This document shows, piece by piece, positions 23,401 through 32,603 of a stretch of DNA of 64,000 nucleotides (position 1 is the first letter of the stretch; every line of letters starts with the position of its first letter). This DNA comes from a virus: the IMG/VR virus record IMGVR_UViG_3300031759_000010. One strand, written 5' to 3'. Under the pieces are notes generated by a model that did no database searches, was not told where the DNA came from, and worked only from the letters and a program-made list of their open reading frames with translations. Position numbers and translations under genes: made by a program.

Positions 23401-24953
23401 TCGGACTTCAAGAGGCTGCCATTCAGACCGGCAAACTTACGCGGCGTCTTGGGCAGGTTCACAAAGGCATCCCCACCCGGTTTCACGGCATCGCGGATCT
23501 GATCGAGGGTTTTGCCAAGCATTTCCGGAGAAGACTGAACATTCAAGACGTTTGAGGCGTACACATGGTCGTACTTCCGGCTCAGGGCGTCAAAATCATG
23601 AAAACCAGGCCTTGCATTGGAGCCAAAATCGTGCGCCGTGACATTAAGGCCCCTCCCTCTTAGATCGCGGGCGTGACCGGCATCCACTCCGGCACCAAAA
23701 TCAAGAATCGACTCCCCGGGACGAGCGATAGAGGCCACATGCCTCGGCACAACAGCGTTTTTCCCAACCGCGCCAGAGGAGCGAGAGGTTTTGTTCGCAA
23801 CAGACACATCCTCGGGGCTGAATTGGGGCTGAGGGGCCATCTTGGTATCAACCTTCCCCTCTATAGGTGCCACCGGAGCCTCAGATTTGACCTCTGTGGC
23901 CTCCGTGGAGGCTTTGGCTGGCGACATATCCTTCTTGAGGTGAGAGCCGCTTAAAAAGGCAAAAAGAGCATCCACGCTGGAGGTTGTAACCTCCTCGGAG
24001 AAGCTGATCGCATCACCCTTCTTTGCGGCTTTGACTGCCTTCTGGAACCCCTCGGCGGCCGACTTCGCCATGCTGTAGGTAAAACCAAGGTCCACCATCA
24101 TCCTGACCAGGCGGAATGGGGCCATTACCGTCATCAGGCCAATAAGGGCGAGATTCTCTGGATTGCTCAGGCCATCAGCAACCTGACGCCCGCCCGCCTC
24201 AACCCCGCGAACCATGTTGACCACCGACCAGCCGCGATCTTTGATCTCGTCAATCTTCTTCTGGTCGTTCGCGTTGTAGACGTTGATCAGGTCACGCAGC
24301 GGGCTGCTGGTCATCGCCTTATATTTCTCGGCCTCGGCCTCCGGTACACCCTTGCTGATCAGGTACTTCTTGTTTTCTTCTGGCGTGAGTTCCGGACCGG
24401 CGTACTTTTCCAACCCCTTCACCAGCTTCGGCAGAAGCGGCTCCGACATGGCGGGAAAAGTCGCGTTCTCTATAGTCTTGACGTCCGGTGCCGGGGCCCC
24501 GCGCAGCTTCATCTGCCGCTGGTGCTCCGACTCCTCGGTGGTGATTCCGGTTGGAGTCGGAGACTTCCAGTGAATCTGACCCTTGTGCTTGGCGATAGCC
24601 GCAGCAATATGCTCATCCGGCATCTCGTCCGGAAACTTCCAGGGAGACAGAATGTTGGACATGTGGAGCTGGCGCTGGTGCTCCGACTCCTCGGTGGTGA
24701 TTCCGGTTGGAGTCGGAGACTTCCAGTGAATCTGAGCGGCGCGGCTCTTGGCAATCTTCGGAGACAGAATGTTGGGCATGTGGAGCTGGCGCTGGTGCTC
24801 CGACTCCTCGGTGGTGATTCCGGTTGGAGTCGGAGACTTCCAGTGAATCTGACCCTTGTGCTTGGCGATAGCCGCAGCAATATGCTCATCCGGCATCTCG
24901 TCCGGAAACTTGACCACGCCCAACCCGTCCACCTTGACCAGCTTGTCGCTCAT
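20436..24953 (-). CDS. Polyvalent giant virion-type protein: N-terminal triple repeat + SAM-methyltransferase + GHKL (HATPase_c-like) ATPase + HExxH metallopeptidase-like region
   Basis: Motif I ILDFGAGVD (nt ~23680). GHKL motifs ELVQNAMDAV, VKDTGKGM and SGGFGLAKAA (nt ~22950-23200). HEILH (nt ~21950). Confidence 0.8.
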   Translation of the reverse strand: MSDKLVKVDGLGVVKFPDEMPDEHIAAAIAKHKGQIHWKSPTPTGITTEESEHQRQLHMPNILSPKIAKSRAAQIHWKSPTPTGITTEESEHQRQLHMSNILSPWKFPDEMPDEHIAAAIAKHKGQIHWKSPTPTGITTEESEHQRQMKLRGAPAPDVKTIENATFPAMSEPLLPKLVKGLEKYAGPELTPEENKKYLISKGVPEAEAEKYKAMTSSPLRDLINVYNANDQKKIDEIKDRGWSVVNMVRGVEAGGRQVADGLSNPENLALIGLMTVMAPFRLVRMMVDLGFTYSMAKSAAEGFQKAVKAAKKGDAISFSEEVTTSSVDALFAFLSGSHLKKDMSPAKASTEATEVKSEAPVAPIEGKVDTKMAPQPQFSPEDVSVANKTSRSSGAVGKNAVVPRHVASIARPGESILDFGAGVDAGHARDLRGRGLNVTAHDFGSNARPGFHDFDALSRKYDHVYASNVLNVQSSPEMLGKTLDQIRDAVKPGGDAFVNLPKTPRKFAGLNGSLLKSELEKRFGRVDKIGGTADAPMFKVSDPQDGSGVQEARSSEGKLKLGADPAALGKLLGSSLYGSNSSMVITKELVQNAMDAVRGESGDKNVTVSVDDYEHTIQVKDTGKGMTKNELETVFTDLGSSGKRDDVTASGGFGLAKAAPLMMSKSIKVTTVVNEGGSLYRHTFEATPEDLLGGGVDIHTEKLSTPEPTGTSVLCKLPDNAYMYGAYEYLGSSRLSLRPPATIKVISNGHEVGPEEAKQLPSAPDSTEHYQGADMDLYISKVKGDKAFDRWNKLNVEVHNNGIYQFMMYMDVPEGVRGLPSRVAIDVHATVPEGNPDYPFLLNRESLRDEASSDIKKLIQERVIDPVVQGHRNTVAGIYNSLPTFKGRKDIPLFDSGQRFTLEEMKEISANAQVIKIASKIQSLARGAIDMLKGSEIHGTGSGIDRIGIVFSDKVHGVYIPNPADTSKATIFIDPFNQIGENPYQAASSVWHTIKHEILHDTYKGHNQSFTTGEVRIARSLGEMEVKALNELRKIYADPNDSTRIREDLSGPLQIYRESRGRSESSPDIFGGEELRSEMAHARGQQGGDGGVHPGGEVPVPGFHQNLIYRSADLDQPFFNKIYVDPNTAGPKEVAAAKKELEEISEQLKKMAPPETPDAQFGTDKWLKRHQDWMRANLPLVLKRDMAVKKYLDLDGRGLGEVRKSSDGTKIVFLSRKGLRALNTTFDGKENLDYESRGCSISPDAYKHYFNQAKIMNPPEELNKLLRIGQNYDGGAIVSFLPRGEKIHSVLAVLREELNHKWQESLVKIRMNLGLLSVYGMKEMDKSIPKPLELYLETNGYPDKSDMSENGVEQRVFEATAKLMSDKPSEFGLTVDEATAYLLKFFQQVYREYGVQGFQKLTHTTNAVRRLKEGFIDEARKPKPDWASLRKTDPGVVGRVRSAGAQWNKKGSSGPGDGTAALKVGGSVKGFVNSNESFELLDSTLLTDADKAKLDELREKLRSFQ
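24518..24909. repeat. Three in-frame coding repeats at the 5' end of the 1505-aa gene
   Basis: A 60-nt core (GCTGGTGCTCCGACTCC...CAGTGAATCTGA) occurs at 24518, 24674 and 24791. A second ~59-nt module occurs at 24578 and 24851. Together they encode IHWKSPTPTGITTEESEHQRQ repeats. Confidence 0.9.
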
Positions 24954-27013
24954 GGGAAAACCGCCAGCAACTTCCTCAACCTGTCCGTGGAGCGCTGCAA
25001 TTCTAAAGCATGCTCCGAGGATCTCTTTTTCTCTTCATCCCTTTTCTCTATGTACTCCATGGAGTAATCTCTTCCGGAGAGTGAAGCGGAGTCGGGGACG
25101 GTGGATAGACGATCATACCAACTCATATCGTTGTTGCCCATCTCAGCCTTCTCCCTGCCAGCATCCTCTTCAGCCCGCTCAACGGCGCGGTCAATGTTGT
25201 CCTTGGATGGGCGCCACGCTCCACGGAGAGCATCCATCCCGGAAACTCCCAACCCAAAGGGAGCAATCACCATGCCAAGGCGGGCGGTTTTGTATGCCTC
25301 CCTCAAAGCTGCATCCTTGTCTCCACCTGTTTCGGCATATGACTGAATCAGGGCCGTAATGGCGTCCTGCGATACACCCTTGCTGCAACTTGCTGCCTCC
25401 CTGGACATCTTGTACTTCTTAACGGCACTCGCGAGGTCGGCTATCTTCTCGGACTTGAATACAAAGCCGATGGATTCATACAGCGAGTCCAGACTGCGAC
25501 CGCCAATTTCAAACTCTATAATGTCGCCCAGCATCTCCCCCACCGGGCCGCCGGAGCGGGTAGGCACCTCGTCCAAATAGTCCCGAATAGCCTTCCGTAT
25601 CGAGTTGGACGAAGACGGCTTGCTCATCTCCATCAGCTTGTCCGTGCCAATTTGCTTTTGCAGCTTCTTGGGAACCCAGTCGTATGACTTGGATTCGCTA
25701 TCCTTTCCTAGGCCGGAGAAAAACAGACGCGCCGTCTTGCGAATCAACCCGTTCGCTATCGCTCCGATGCGGGTCTCCTCCATCTCCTTCTCCCACTCCG
25801 GCTGATATCCCTCGGGAAGCGGGGCGATTTCACTCGGAACATCCTCATTCCGGTACTTCTTCGCCATTCTTACCTGCGACAAAAACTCGCTGTTGGGGTG
25901 CCTTCCGTGCGCCTCATCTTGTCTGTAGCGGCTCAGCTCCCACTCATCGGGGAACTTGTACCCGTTCCGCACATAATCCTGCACCGCCCCTAACTCGACA
26001 TTCACGGGATCCTTGGACAACGCACTGTCTCCCGGCTTTATCATCCTGTACGTTCCCGGATTGGTTCCCGGGCCTGCGGTCACCACGTCTCCAGAATGAC
26101 GAGCCAAATTCACCTCTTCATCTGAGGGGAGCTTTTGCAAAGTTGCCGCCCATGCTTTTGGAGACACAAAATGAGACTGCGCTCTCTGTGCCGCAGTCAT
26201 TGGAGGCGTGGCGCTGATGTTGTACTGTATCTTGCCTCTTGAATTAACGATGTCCTCTGGATTCTTGTCCAGCCAATACTCTCCGTTGGCGTTGTAGTTT
26301 CCGCCATTCCTGTAGGCCTGAAACCCACCCTGCTTCAGGTGAAGGTAAACAGCATACTCTTCAGAATCTTTCTCCGCAGTCGGGCCATCGAAAATTCCCA
26401 AGTGCTGGCCGGTGACCCTTGCGCGATCAAAAGCCTGTTCCTCGGTGAGGATGTGGCCAGCGGGAGTAATGCCTGGAGTTACCATCCACTTCGTGGTGCC
26501 GGGGATAGGCGTGTTGTAGCTGAACAGCGACCCCGATTGTCCATTGGGAAAATGAACCGACGGGCGCTTGGTGATGTCAATCGTTCCCGGCGCAATCATC
26601 CCCTTCGCCTTGCTTGGCCCCGTGTTCTTCCAGGTGTTAAAAAGAGGAACATCTTCCGGGCGCGGCTTCTCTCCGACGCTATATGCGCCGTCATAGGTTT
26701 TTTCGGGAGACTTCTTGGGCTCCTTTTGAGACGGAAGGAGGGGATTCACGGGAGGAGTGGCTGGAGGAGGAAGTTTGGTTTCTGTTCCAGCGCCACGGAA
26801 CTGCGGAGACTGCCAGTGGGTCTGGCGCTTCTGCTGCTCCGTCATGACCGGGGGAGCCTGGCTCACGGGAGTGCGTGGCGGAGGGGCAGATGACTGCATC
26901 CGCGCATCGTTGCCTGTGCCAACGACCGTAGGCGATGCCCAGTGCGTGTGCTGCCTCTGCCAGTCCGTCATGTTCTGGCCCAGCGTAGTGTCGAGGTTGT
27001 TGTTGTCTTCCAT
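24950..27013 (-). CDS. Large hypothetical protein (probable internal virion protein)
   Basis: 687-aa ORF coupled at both ends. The N-terminus carries QRQHTHWASP and QKRQTHWQSP motifs related to the repeats of the neighbouring gene. Confidence 0.7.
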   Translation of the reverse strand: MEDNNNLDTTLGQNMTDWQRQHTHWASPTVVGTGNDARMQSSAPPPRTPVSQAPPVMTEQQKRQTHWQSPQFRGAGTETKLPPPATPPVNPLLPSQKEPKKSPEKTYDGAYSVGEKPRPEDVPLFNTWKNTGPSKAKGMIAPGTIDITKRPSVHFPNGQSGSLFSYNTPIPGTTKWMVTPGITPAGHILTEEQAFDRARVTGQHLGIFDGPTAEKDSEEYAVYLHLKQGGFQAYRNGGNYNANGEYWLDKNPEDIVNSRGKIQYNISATPPMTAAQRAQSHFVSPKAWAATLQKLPSDEEVNLARHSGDVVTAGPGTNPGTYRMIKPGDSALSKDPVNVELGAVQDYVRNGYKFPDEWELSRYRQDEAHGRHPNSEFLSQVRMAKKYRNEDVPSEIAPLPEGYQPEWEKEMEETRIGAIANGLIRKTARLFFSGLGKDSESKSYDWVPKKLQKQIGTDKLMEMSKPSSSNSIRKAIRDYLDEVPTRSGGPVGEMLGDIIEFEIGGRSLDSLYESIGFVFKSEKIADLASAVKKYKMSREAASCSKGVSQDAITALIQSYAETGGDKDAALREAYKTARLGMVIAPFGLGVSGMDALRGAWRPSKDNIDRAVERAEEDAGREKAEMGNNDMSWYDRLSTVPDSASLSGRDYSMEYIEKRDEEKKRSSEHALELQRSTDRLRKLLAVFP

Positions 27014-29337
27014 TACGCAGCCTCAATTTGTCCAGTCTCGTGATTATAGACGTGAGTGTAGTTCTTCGATTGCGGTTCGGGTGCCTTCTCCTTGCCGCCC
27101 TCGGGGGACTCTACATCTTTCAGCTTCTCCTCTTTCTTGGGCTCCTCTTTTTTCTTGGGAGCCGGAGAAACACCACGCGCCACAATCATCAGACGCCGCA
27201 TGGCAACCCTCAGCTCCGCAGGAGTTTTTGCCTTGCTCAGGGCCCTCATGGCGCTCACTCCGTCAATATCGGTCATGGCGATAACCAGCCTCTGCTCTCC
27301 AATCTTCTGGATGGCAAAACCAAGCAACGCGCCCATCTCGAACCCTGTCGCAAGAGAACCGGAGAGCATACCAATGCCGCCTCCAATGGCTCCACCCACG
27401 GCCGCTCCAGTGAGATTCCCAGACAACCCGGAGATAAAGTGCGTGATTGCACGAGAGCGGGAGATTGACTCGCCGGAACTCATTCCCGGGGTGGCATCCT
27501 GAGAGCGCTTGATAATCTCCGCGCACTCGCGAAGGTTGGTAATCTGCCTGGCGTTGAACGCCTCTTCAAGAATACCGTCATCATACAAGGTGTTCAGAGT
27601 CCTGACCAGCCTCCTGCCCTGCATCTCGGTAGGAACCTGCTTGATAAGTGGATCCTTGATGACACCTTCAGGAGTTCCCTCGGTGTCCTTCTTTAAAGCA
27701 TCGGAGATCTCGGAAAGAGCATACCCCTTCGACCATAGCTTGTTTGCCTCCATCCAGTTCTCATACATATCCGAGTCCTTGAAGGCAACCTTGGCATCCT
27801 CATTCATGGTCCTGATTTCTTTTCCGACCTCGTAAGAGGTTTTTGCGTCATTCGCGTCCAGCGCCGCTCTTTGCATCTTGAGAAGCTGCGAGCGAACCTC
27901 CATATACGTTTGCAGTGGCTGTTTCGCCATCTTCATCGGCTCGATGCGAAGGTTTCCTTCCTTGATGGCCTTCTCTATCGTTGACTGGCCGTAATCGAGT
28001 TTGTGAACCAGGTTGCCGTTCCTGTCAACAAGGAAATTCTTCTCCTCTTCTGCGGAATCAATTTTGATGCCAAATTTCTCGGCCCTCGCAATGGCCGTCT
28101 TGACCAAGGAGCTGGCATCCGCCCAATCCTTTGGAACGTATTCCAAAGAGCGGTCCATGGCAGCATAGATCGGCTTGGCTCTCATAAAAGACGCGGTTGC
28201 CGCATCCTTCATGGCCGCCCCGGGCTCATATTGAATCGGCCCGGTCATGCCGGAGGTTTCACGGGCAACATCGCGAATCACCTGCTTCAGGGCTGCCTGC
28301 TGTGCCAGTCCAACCTTTGCCCAATGCTTTCTTCCAACACCAGACTTCTTCAGGTTGGTTGCGATGTCTCCGGCGCGGCTTTGCGGGTCTTTTTCTATGA
28401 TGGTAACTGGAACCTTTGTTCCGTTGATATCAACCTCGGATGGCTTGATATCTCCGACGACCTTCTCTACCACCTTGTCGCCAATCTTTGATGCGGCCTC
28501 TTTGACGAACTCTTTTCCCGGGAACCTTTTTAATCCTAAAGCATAGAGGGGTATATCCACCAACCCGCGCCCCCACGCCCCGGAGATGTCTCCGCGATCC
28601 ATGGCATCGTTGATGTTAAGAGCTACCCCGGCAATTCCAGCAATAGGAGTGACAGATGCCGCTAAAGTAGTACCGCCGCGAATATACTCCAGCATTTTGA
28701 CAAGATCATTACCTTTCGGGATATCATTGTGCGCCTGAACGATATACCTCTCTGCCTCTTCCGCAGCCGCCTGGCGCGACCCCATTTCGGATTTCGCAAA
28801 GCGCTCTGCGGCAATCGCGGCCGGAGCGACAGGAGGATCCACCTTGAACATGATTTTCTCTGCGGGAGTCGCAGGCGGAGCAAGCATGGATGCCGCCCCC
28901 TCCGGAATACCCTTCAGTTCCGCTTTTACGTTCGCCCAAAGTCCAACAGGGGGCGCGTTCTCTTTTTCCACCTTAGGGCCATGTGCAACATCGTGCTCAT
29001 ACTGCCTCTTCAGGTCCGGGTCAGTGAAGTCATATCCAAGCTCTTTGGCCTCCCCCACCTTTCCATACAGAACACTCACCGGCTTGCCGCCGCCCTTGGG
29101 GCGCATCAGGTAGTGGCCCTGCGGCTCCTTGTCTTTCTGTTGATCGGCCCAATACGTCTCTTGCAGCTTCGAGACATTGCTCTTGATCCTTTCATCATCA
29201 AGATGAGCATACTCCGGAAAGGCTGACCTGAACTTGGCGGGGTCAGACATGTTTTCCAAGATGCGTCCATCGCCCCAATCCTTGAGGCCCGGATACCTCT
29301 TGCGAACATCCTCTATTGGATTCCAACGATCAGGCAT
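27013..29337 (-). CDS. Large hypothetical protein with C-terminal Gly-rich hydrophobic segment
   Basis: 774-aa ORF with TAATG coupling. Contains LTGAAVGGAIGGGIGMLSGSLATGFEMGALLGFAI near the C-terminus. Confidence 0.7.
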   Translation of the reverse strand: MPDRWNPIEDVRKRYPGLKDWGDGRILENMSDPAKFRSAFPEYAHLDDERIKSNVSKLQETYWADQQKDKEPQGHYLMRPKGGGKPVSVLYGKVGEAKELGYDFTDPDLKRQYEHDVAHGPKVEKENAPPVGLWANVKAELKGIPEGAASMLAPPATPAEKIMFKVDPPVAPAAIAAERFAKSEMGSRQAAAEEAERYIVQAHNDIPKGNDLVKMLEYIRGGTTLAASVTPIAGIAGVALNINDAMDRGDISGAWGRGLVDIPLYALGLKRFPGKEFVKEAASKIGDKVVEKVVGDIKPSEVDINGTKVPVTIIEKDPQSRAGDIATNLKKSGVGRKHWAKVGLAQQAALKQVIRDVARETSGMTGPIQYEPGAAMKDAATASFMRAKPIYAAMDRSLEYVPKDWADASSLVKTAIARAEKFGIKIDSAEEEKNFLVDRNGNLVHKLDYGQSTIEKAIKEGNLRIEPMKMAKQPLQTYMEVRSQLLKMQRAALDANDAKTSYEVGKEIRTMNEDAKVAFKDSDMYENWMEANKLWSKGYALSEISDALKKDTEGTPEGVIKDPLIKQVPTEMQGRRLVRTLNTLYDDGILEEAFNARQITNLRECAEIIKRSQDATPGMSSGESISRSRAITHFISGLSGNLTGAAVGGAIGGGIGMLSGSLATGFEMGALLGFAIQKIGEQRLVIAMTDIDGVSAMRALSKAKTPAELRVAMRRLMIVARGVSPAPKKKEEPKKEEKLKDVESPEGGKEKAPEPQSKNYTHVYNHETGQIEAA

Positions 29338-29343
29338 AGATTA

Positions 29344-30987
29344 TTACCATCCATCAGGCATAGATTTCGGAGCAGAACCCGCAGGTGCCGGTTGCGTAAC
29401 AACTCCGGGAGTTATCCTCTTCCTGTTCAACGAAGATGATCCAACTGCCGAAACAGCATCAGGGTTGAACTCTTCAGCGCCAGACAAAAATGCCTCGCGC
29501 CTTGCTTTCATTTTATCTGCCGCAGATTTGATGATGGAGGCCATCTGCTTCCGTTGGGTGTCGTCGTAAAGAGTACCGCTTCCCCATCTCTCCGCATTAG
29601 CGGTCGCAGCATCCGCCCATCCACGAGAACCCTGAATCAACTTTTGTTCCTGTTGCGTAAAGCGAATACCAGCACCACTCCCGGGAGCAGCATCCTTGGC
29701 AACCTCAAAGAAGGCAAGCGTAAGCGCAACATCTCCCGGGCCGGTCGGATTGGATATGTAATCATCGGCAGCGCTTGCGGTGGTTTCAATCTTATCCATT
29801 GGGGCAAGTTGCTTCTGAAAAGCGAGAAAGTCTTTCAGGTTTGTCTCAGACCTCCTCAACTGATAATTCAAGTCGGCCAAGTGGGATGCGTGGCCCGCCA
29901 ACGCCATGCGCTTGGAAGCATACGGGTTCTTGCTGTCGTAGCGAGACTTGTAAAACTGTCCCTCCTCGTTCCACCCCCACTCACTCACTGGCTTGCTGAT
30001 AGACTTCGCAAACAGTTCTTTGTCCTGATCCTCCGCGCTCTTCTTGGCTGTCGAGGCAAACGTCAGACCTGGAGGGATGCTGGAGCTTACCTTTCCACTT
30101 GGATCCTTGTACTCCCCACTGTTCTCGTTATAGAAGTATGGGTAGTGCTGCCCAGACTCGTCCACCATGTCAAGTTTCTTCCACTTTTCCTTCTCGACGA
30201 TTGGAGAAAGGGTCTCTGTCAATCTCTGCAATTCACCATCTTCTTCTTCACCCCGGTGGCTCTTCAACAGTAAGGCCTCGCGCCTGTCCATCAGTTCTTT
30301 GGTCTTCTTCGCGGATGAGAATTGCGAGTCTTCTAGTTGAATCGCCTGCGCCGCCTGGTGAGCTTGCTGCGCCACTCCAAGAAGGGTTCCATAGACCGGC
30401 GGAGGCATCTTTGACCACATCTCGATGATTCCCTCCCGCTTCGTGGCGGGATCGGGAGACTGGGCCTTCTGCTGAGGAGTCATTTCATCCTGCTTCTTGC
30501 CGCCCTTTTTCTTTTTCCCGTCATCCCATTGCGACACGCGAAACTGCTTGACCTTTCCCCACGCGTTATCCACCAGAGCCTTGTCGTCATGAAGGAGCTT
30601 GAAGTCCTCGTCAGTCATGCCCTCCGGCTTCTGGTTGGGGTTCTGCATGAGCTTCTGGATGTCTTCCGGCTTGACGCTCTTCTGAACGGCACCGGCAATC
30701 GTCCCCTGGAGCTTCTGCGCCGCCATCGTGTAGAGGGCGACATTGGTCTTGTCGGTACGATCAAGCTCCTTGGCTTGCTTCTCCTGAGCCTGTGCCCTTC
30801 CAGCCATGATGCCGCGCATCACGGAATCAAGGACAGATGCCACGCCTCCAGCCTTGGTCGGAGCCACCGAAAACTGCTTCGTCTCCGGAGCAGGAATAGG
30901 AGAAGGACTCGGCTCCCTCAGCGGAGGAAGCTCTGGTGCTTGATAAGGAGTCGGATTGGTTGGATCATACTGTGCCACATTTGCCAT
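29344..30987 (-). CDS. Large hypothetical protein (Pro-rich N-terminus)
   Basis: 547-aa ORF with GGAGA upstream of the ATG. Confidence 0.7.
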   Translation of the reverse strand: MANVAQYDPTNPTPYQAPELPPLREPSPSPIPAPETKQFSVAPTKAGGVASVLDSVMRGIMAGRAQAQEKQAKELDRTDKTNVALYTMAAQKLQGTIAGAVQKSVKPEDIQKLMQNPNQKPEGMTDEDFKLLHDDKALVDNAWGKVKQFRVSQWDDGKKKKGGKKQDEMTPQQKAQSPDPATKREGIIEMWSKMPPPVYGTLLGVAQQAHQAAQAIQLEDSQFSSAKKTKELMDRREALLLKSHRGEEEDGELQRLTETLSPIVEKEKWKKLDMVDESGQHYPYFYNENSGEYKDPSGKVSSSIPPGLTFASTAKKSAEDQDKELFAKSISKPVSEWGWNEEGQFYKSRYDSKNPYASKRMALAGHASHLADLNYQLRRSETNLKDFLAFQKQLAPMDKIETTASAADDYISNPTGPGDVALTLAFFEVAKDAAPGSGAGIRFTQQEQKLIQGSRGWADAATANAERWGSGTLYDDTQRKQMASIIKSAADKMKARREAFLSGAEEFNPDAVSAVGSSSLNRKRITPGVVTQPAPAGSAPKSMPDGW

Positions 30988-31047
30988 TTTTATCTCCTAC
31001 GTCCTAATTCACCGACCGCCAACACCACCAAATATGCCACCACCACC

Positions 31048-31659
31048 TCACTTTCCACCGCCACCGCCCCCATGGGCAATACCGGCCGCGCCCATGGTGG
31101 CGGCATCTCCAGCCAGAGAAGTAAACGCCCCCAGCGTCTGACCCTTCTGCTGAAGCTGAAGCTGTTGGGTTTCAAGCTGCTGGCTCCCCATGGTTGAGGA
31201 GAGGTTTCCTGCGGCACTGGTTCCCTGGATACCAAGACTTCCCGCTCCCTGTGAAAGGCCTACAGTCTGAGATCCTATCTGGCCGAGCGCATTGAAGGAT
31301 CCCAGGTAACCCTGCGTGGCAGCCGCGCCCACGTCTGCCCCCTGCTTGGCAGATACGCCCTCCAAGGCGAGATTCTTTTCGCCGCCCGCCGGAGCGTTCT
31401 GCATGATGTTTTGTTTGGCACCGGCCGCAGCCTCGTTGACCTGTTGCTCGATAGGAGCAATGGCCGTGTGAATCGCGGAGGGAGATCCGCTGGCTTCAGC
31501 CTGATAAAACTGATTGGCGGCGCTGATACCCTGAATCCCGGTCTCGTACATCTGGTTCGACTGGGACATGAAGTTGTTGGCATTCCGCGTCAGAGCGTTG
31601 ACATCTGCCGTCTGGGCGCTGGTAGTGCTTGGGGATATCCCGATATTTGGTTTTCCCAC
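31048..31659 (-). CDS. Gly/Ala/Gln-rich low-complexity protein (start uncertain)
   Basis: 203-aa ORF ending in GGGGGGK. No purine-rich RBS before GTG 31659. Confidence 0.45.
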   Translation of the reverse strand: MGKPNIGISPSTTSAQTADVNALTRNANNFMSQSNQMYETGIQGISAANQFYQAEASGSPSAIHTAIAPIEQQVNEAAAGAKQNIMQNAPAGGEKNLALEGVSAKQGADVGAAATQGYLGSFNALGQIGSQTVGLSQGAGSLGIQGTSAAGNLSSTMGSQQLETQQLQLQQKGQTLGAFTSLAGDAATMGAAGIAHGGGGGGK

Positions 31660-31663
31660 AGGA

Positions 31664-31678
31664 GGTTACCTCAGTAAC
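31664..31678. promoter_or_regulatory. Operator-like inverted repeat GGTTACC-TCA-GTAAC
   Basis: Intergenic. Same architecture as 57206-57220 (GGTTACC-AAA-GTAAC). Confidence 0.45.
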
Positions 31679-31704
31679 ATCCTAGACCAAAACACCGGCA
31701 ACGA

Positions 31705-32319
31705 CTAGGTTTGCAGCATCCATTGTGTCAAACGAATCTCAAAATCCTCTCGGGAAAGAGTGGAGATAACACCTCCCACCAAGCCATCTCCTCGGGCAAT
31801 CATCTTGGGAACTGTCGCCAGATCCCTGAAGCCAAACCGTTTCAGGTAGTTGGCGGACAGATGATTGTCTTCGTAGCGCTGTGCGTGGATATAGAGCAGG
31901 TTCATCTCATTGAAGAGGTGAGAAATTCCGAGCCAGGTCATAATCTCCTGGTCTTCTGTCCCCCACGTCCACCGAATGAAACCGTAGGCCCCAAAAGCGG
32001 AGCGCTCCTTGCCGCCCATCACGGATACCGTCCAAACCATCCCGCCGGTTCTGAAGACGTCCCCCTCCCACTTGCCCATAATCACCATGGGCTGCATGGC
32101 TAGATAGGTAGTTATCGCGTCGAAGGATAGATCTTTCACGCCGCAAAACATGGCCTGGAGGTTTTCCCGGCGATAAACAGAGCGCCTGCCACCGGCCAAG
32201 GCAAAATAGAGGTTGCCGAGGAATCCGTCTGGAAAGATGGGATTATTGCGGTCGTACCGGATCGCCTGCCAATCACCAATCCGGTAGTTCTCTTTCTTTA
32301 GTTCGTCGAAGATGGACAT
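31705..32319 (-). CDS. Hypothetical protein, possibly GNAT-fold acyltransferase
   Basis: 204-aa ORF. The C-terminal NYLKRFGFRDLATVP resembles the GNAT beta-strand/helix end. The assignment is weak. Confidence 0.45.
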   Translation of the reverse strand: MSIFDELKKENYRIGDWQAIRYDRNNPIFPDGFLGNLYFALAGGRRSVYRRENLQAMFCGVKDLSFDAITTYLAMQPMVIMGKWEGDVFRTGGMVWTVSVMGGKERSAFGAYGFIRWTWGTEDQEIMTWLGISHLFNEMNLLYIHAQRYEDNHLSANYLKRFGFRDLATVPKMIARGDGLVGGVISTLSREDFEIRLTQWMLQT

Positions 32320-32331
32320 TCCGTATACGGA
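32320..32331 (-). promoter_or_regulatory. Palindrome TCCGTATACGGA after a TAG stop (copy 2 of 3)
   Basis: Flanked directly by the TAG stop (32332-32334) and the ATG of the next gene (32317-32319). Confidence 0.7.
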
Positions 32332-32595
32332 CTACTGTGGACGCCCGGGGATGGCGATATTCGATGGGCCGGAAAGTTCGCGCACCGCGTGGTTCAGAGT
32401 CGCCACAACGTTCATCAGCAGAACCGTCCTCTGGTCAGCGATGGCCAGCTCACGCTTGCCGATGGCATCGGTAACCACATCATCAAGAAACAGCTTGATC
32501 TGGTTGACAGCCCGGGCGATCTGGGCAACAGATGCCCCTGGCTCCAGAGTGATGGACGGAAGAGTATTACCGACAGGCATCGTTACAAGCGACAC
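32332..32595 (-). CDS. Hypothetical small protein
   Basis: ORF 32332..32709. GTG 32595 is preceded by AGGAGGAAAT and avoids overlap with the upstream gene. Confidence 0.5.
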   Translation of the reverse strand: MSLVTMPVGNTLPSITLEPGASVAQIARAVNQIKLFLDDVVTDAIGKRELAIADQRTVLLMNVVATLNHAVRELSGPSNIAIPGRPQ

Positions 32596-32603
32596 ATTTC
32601 CTC

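Noticed and set aside
24518-24909. CRISPR-like or non-coding repeat array.
   Set aside because: The repeats are in frame within a long ORF and there are no unique spacers of regular size. They are coding tandem duplications.
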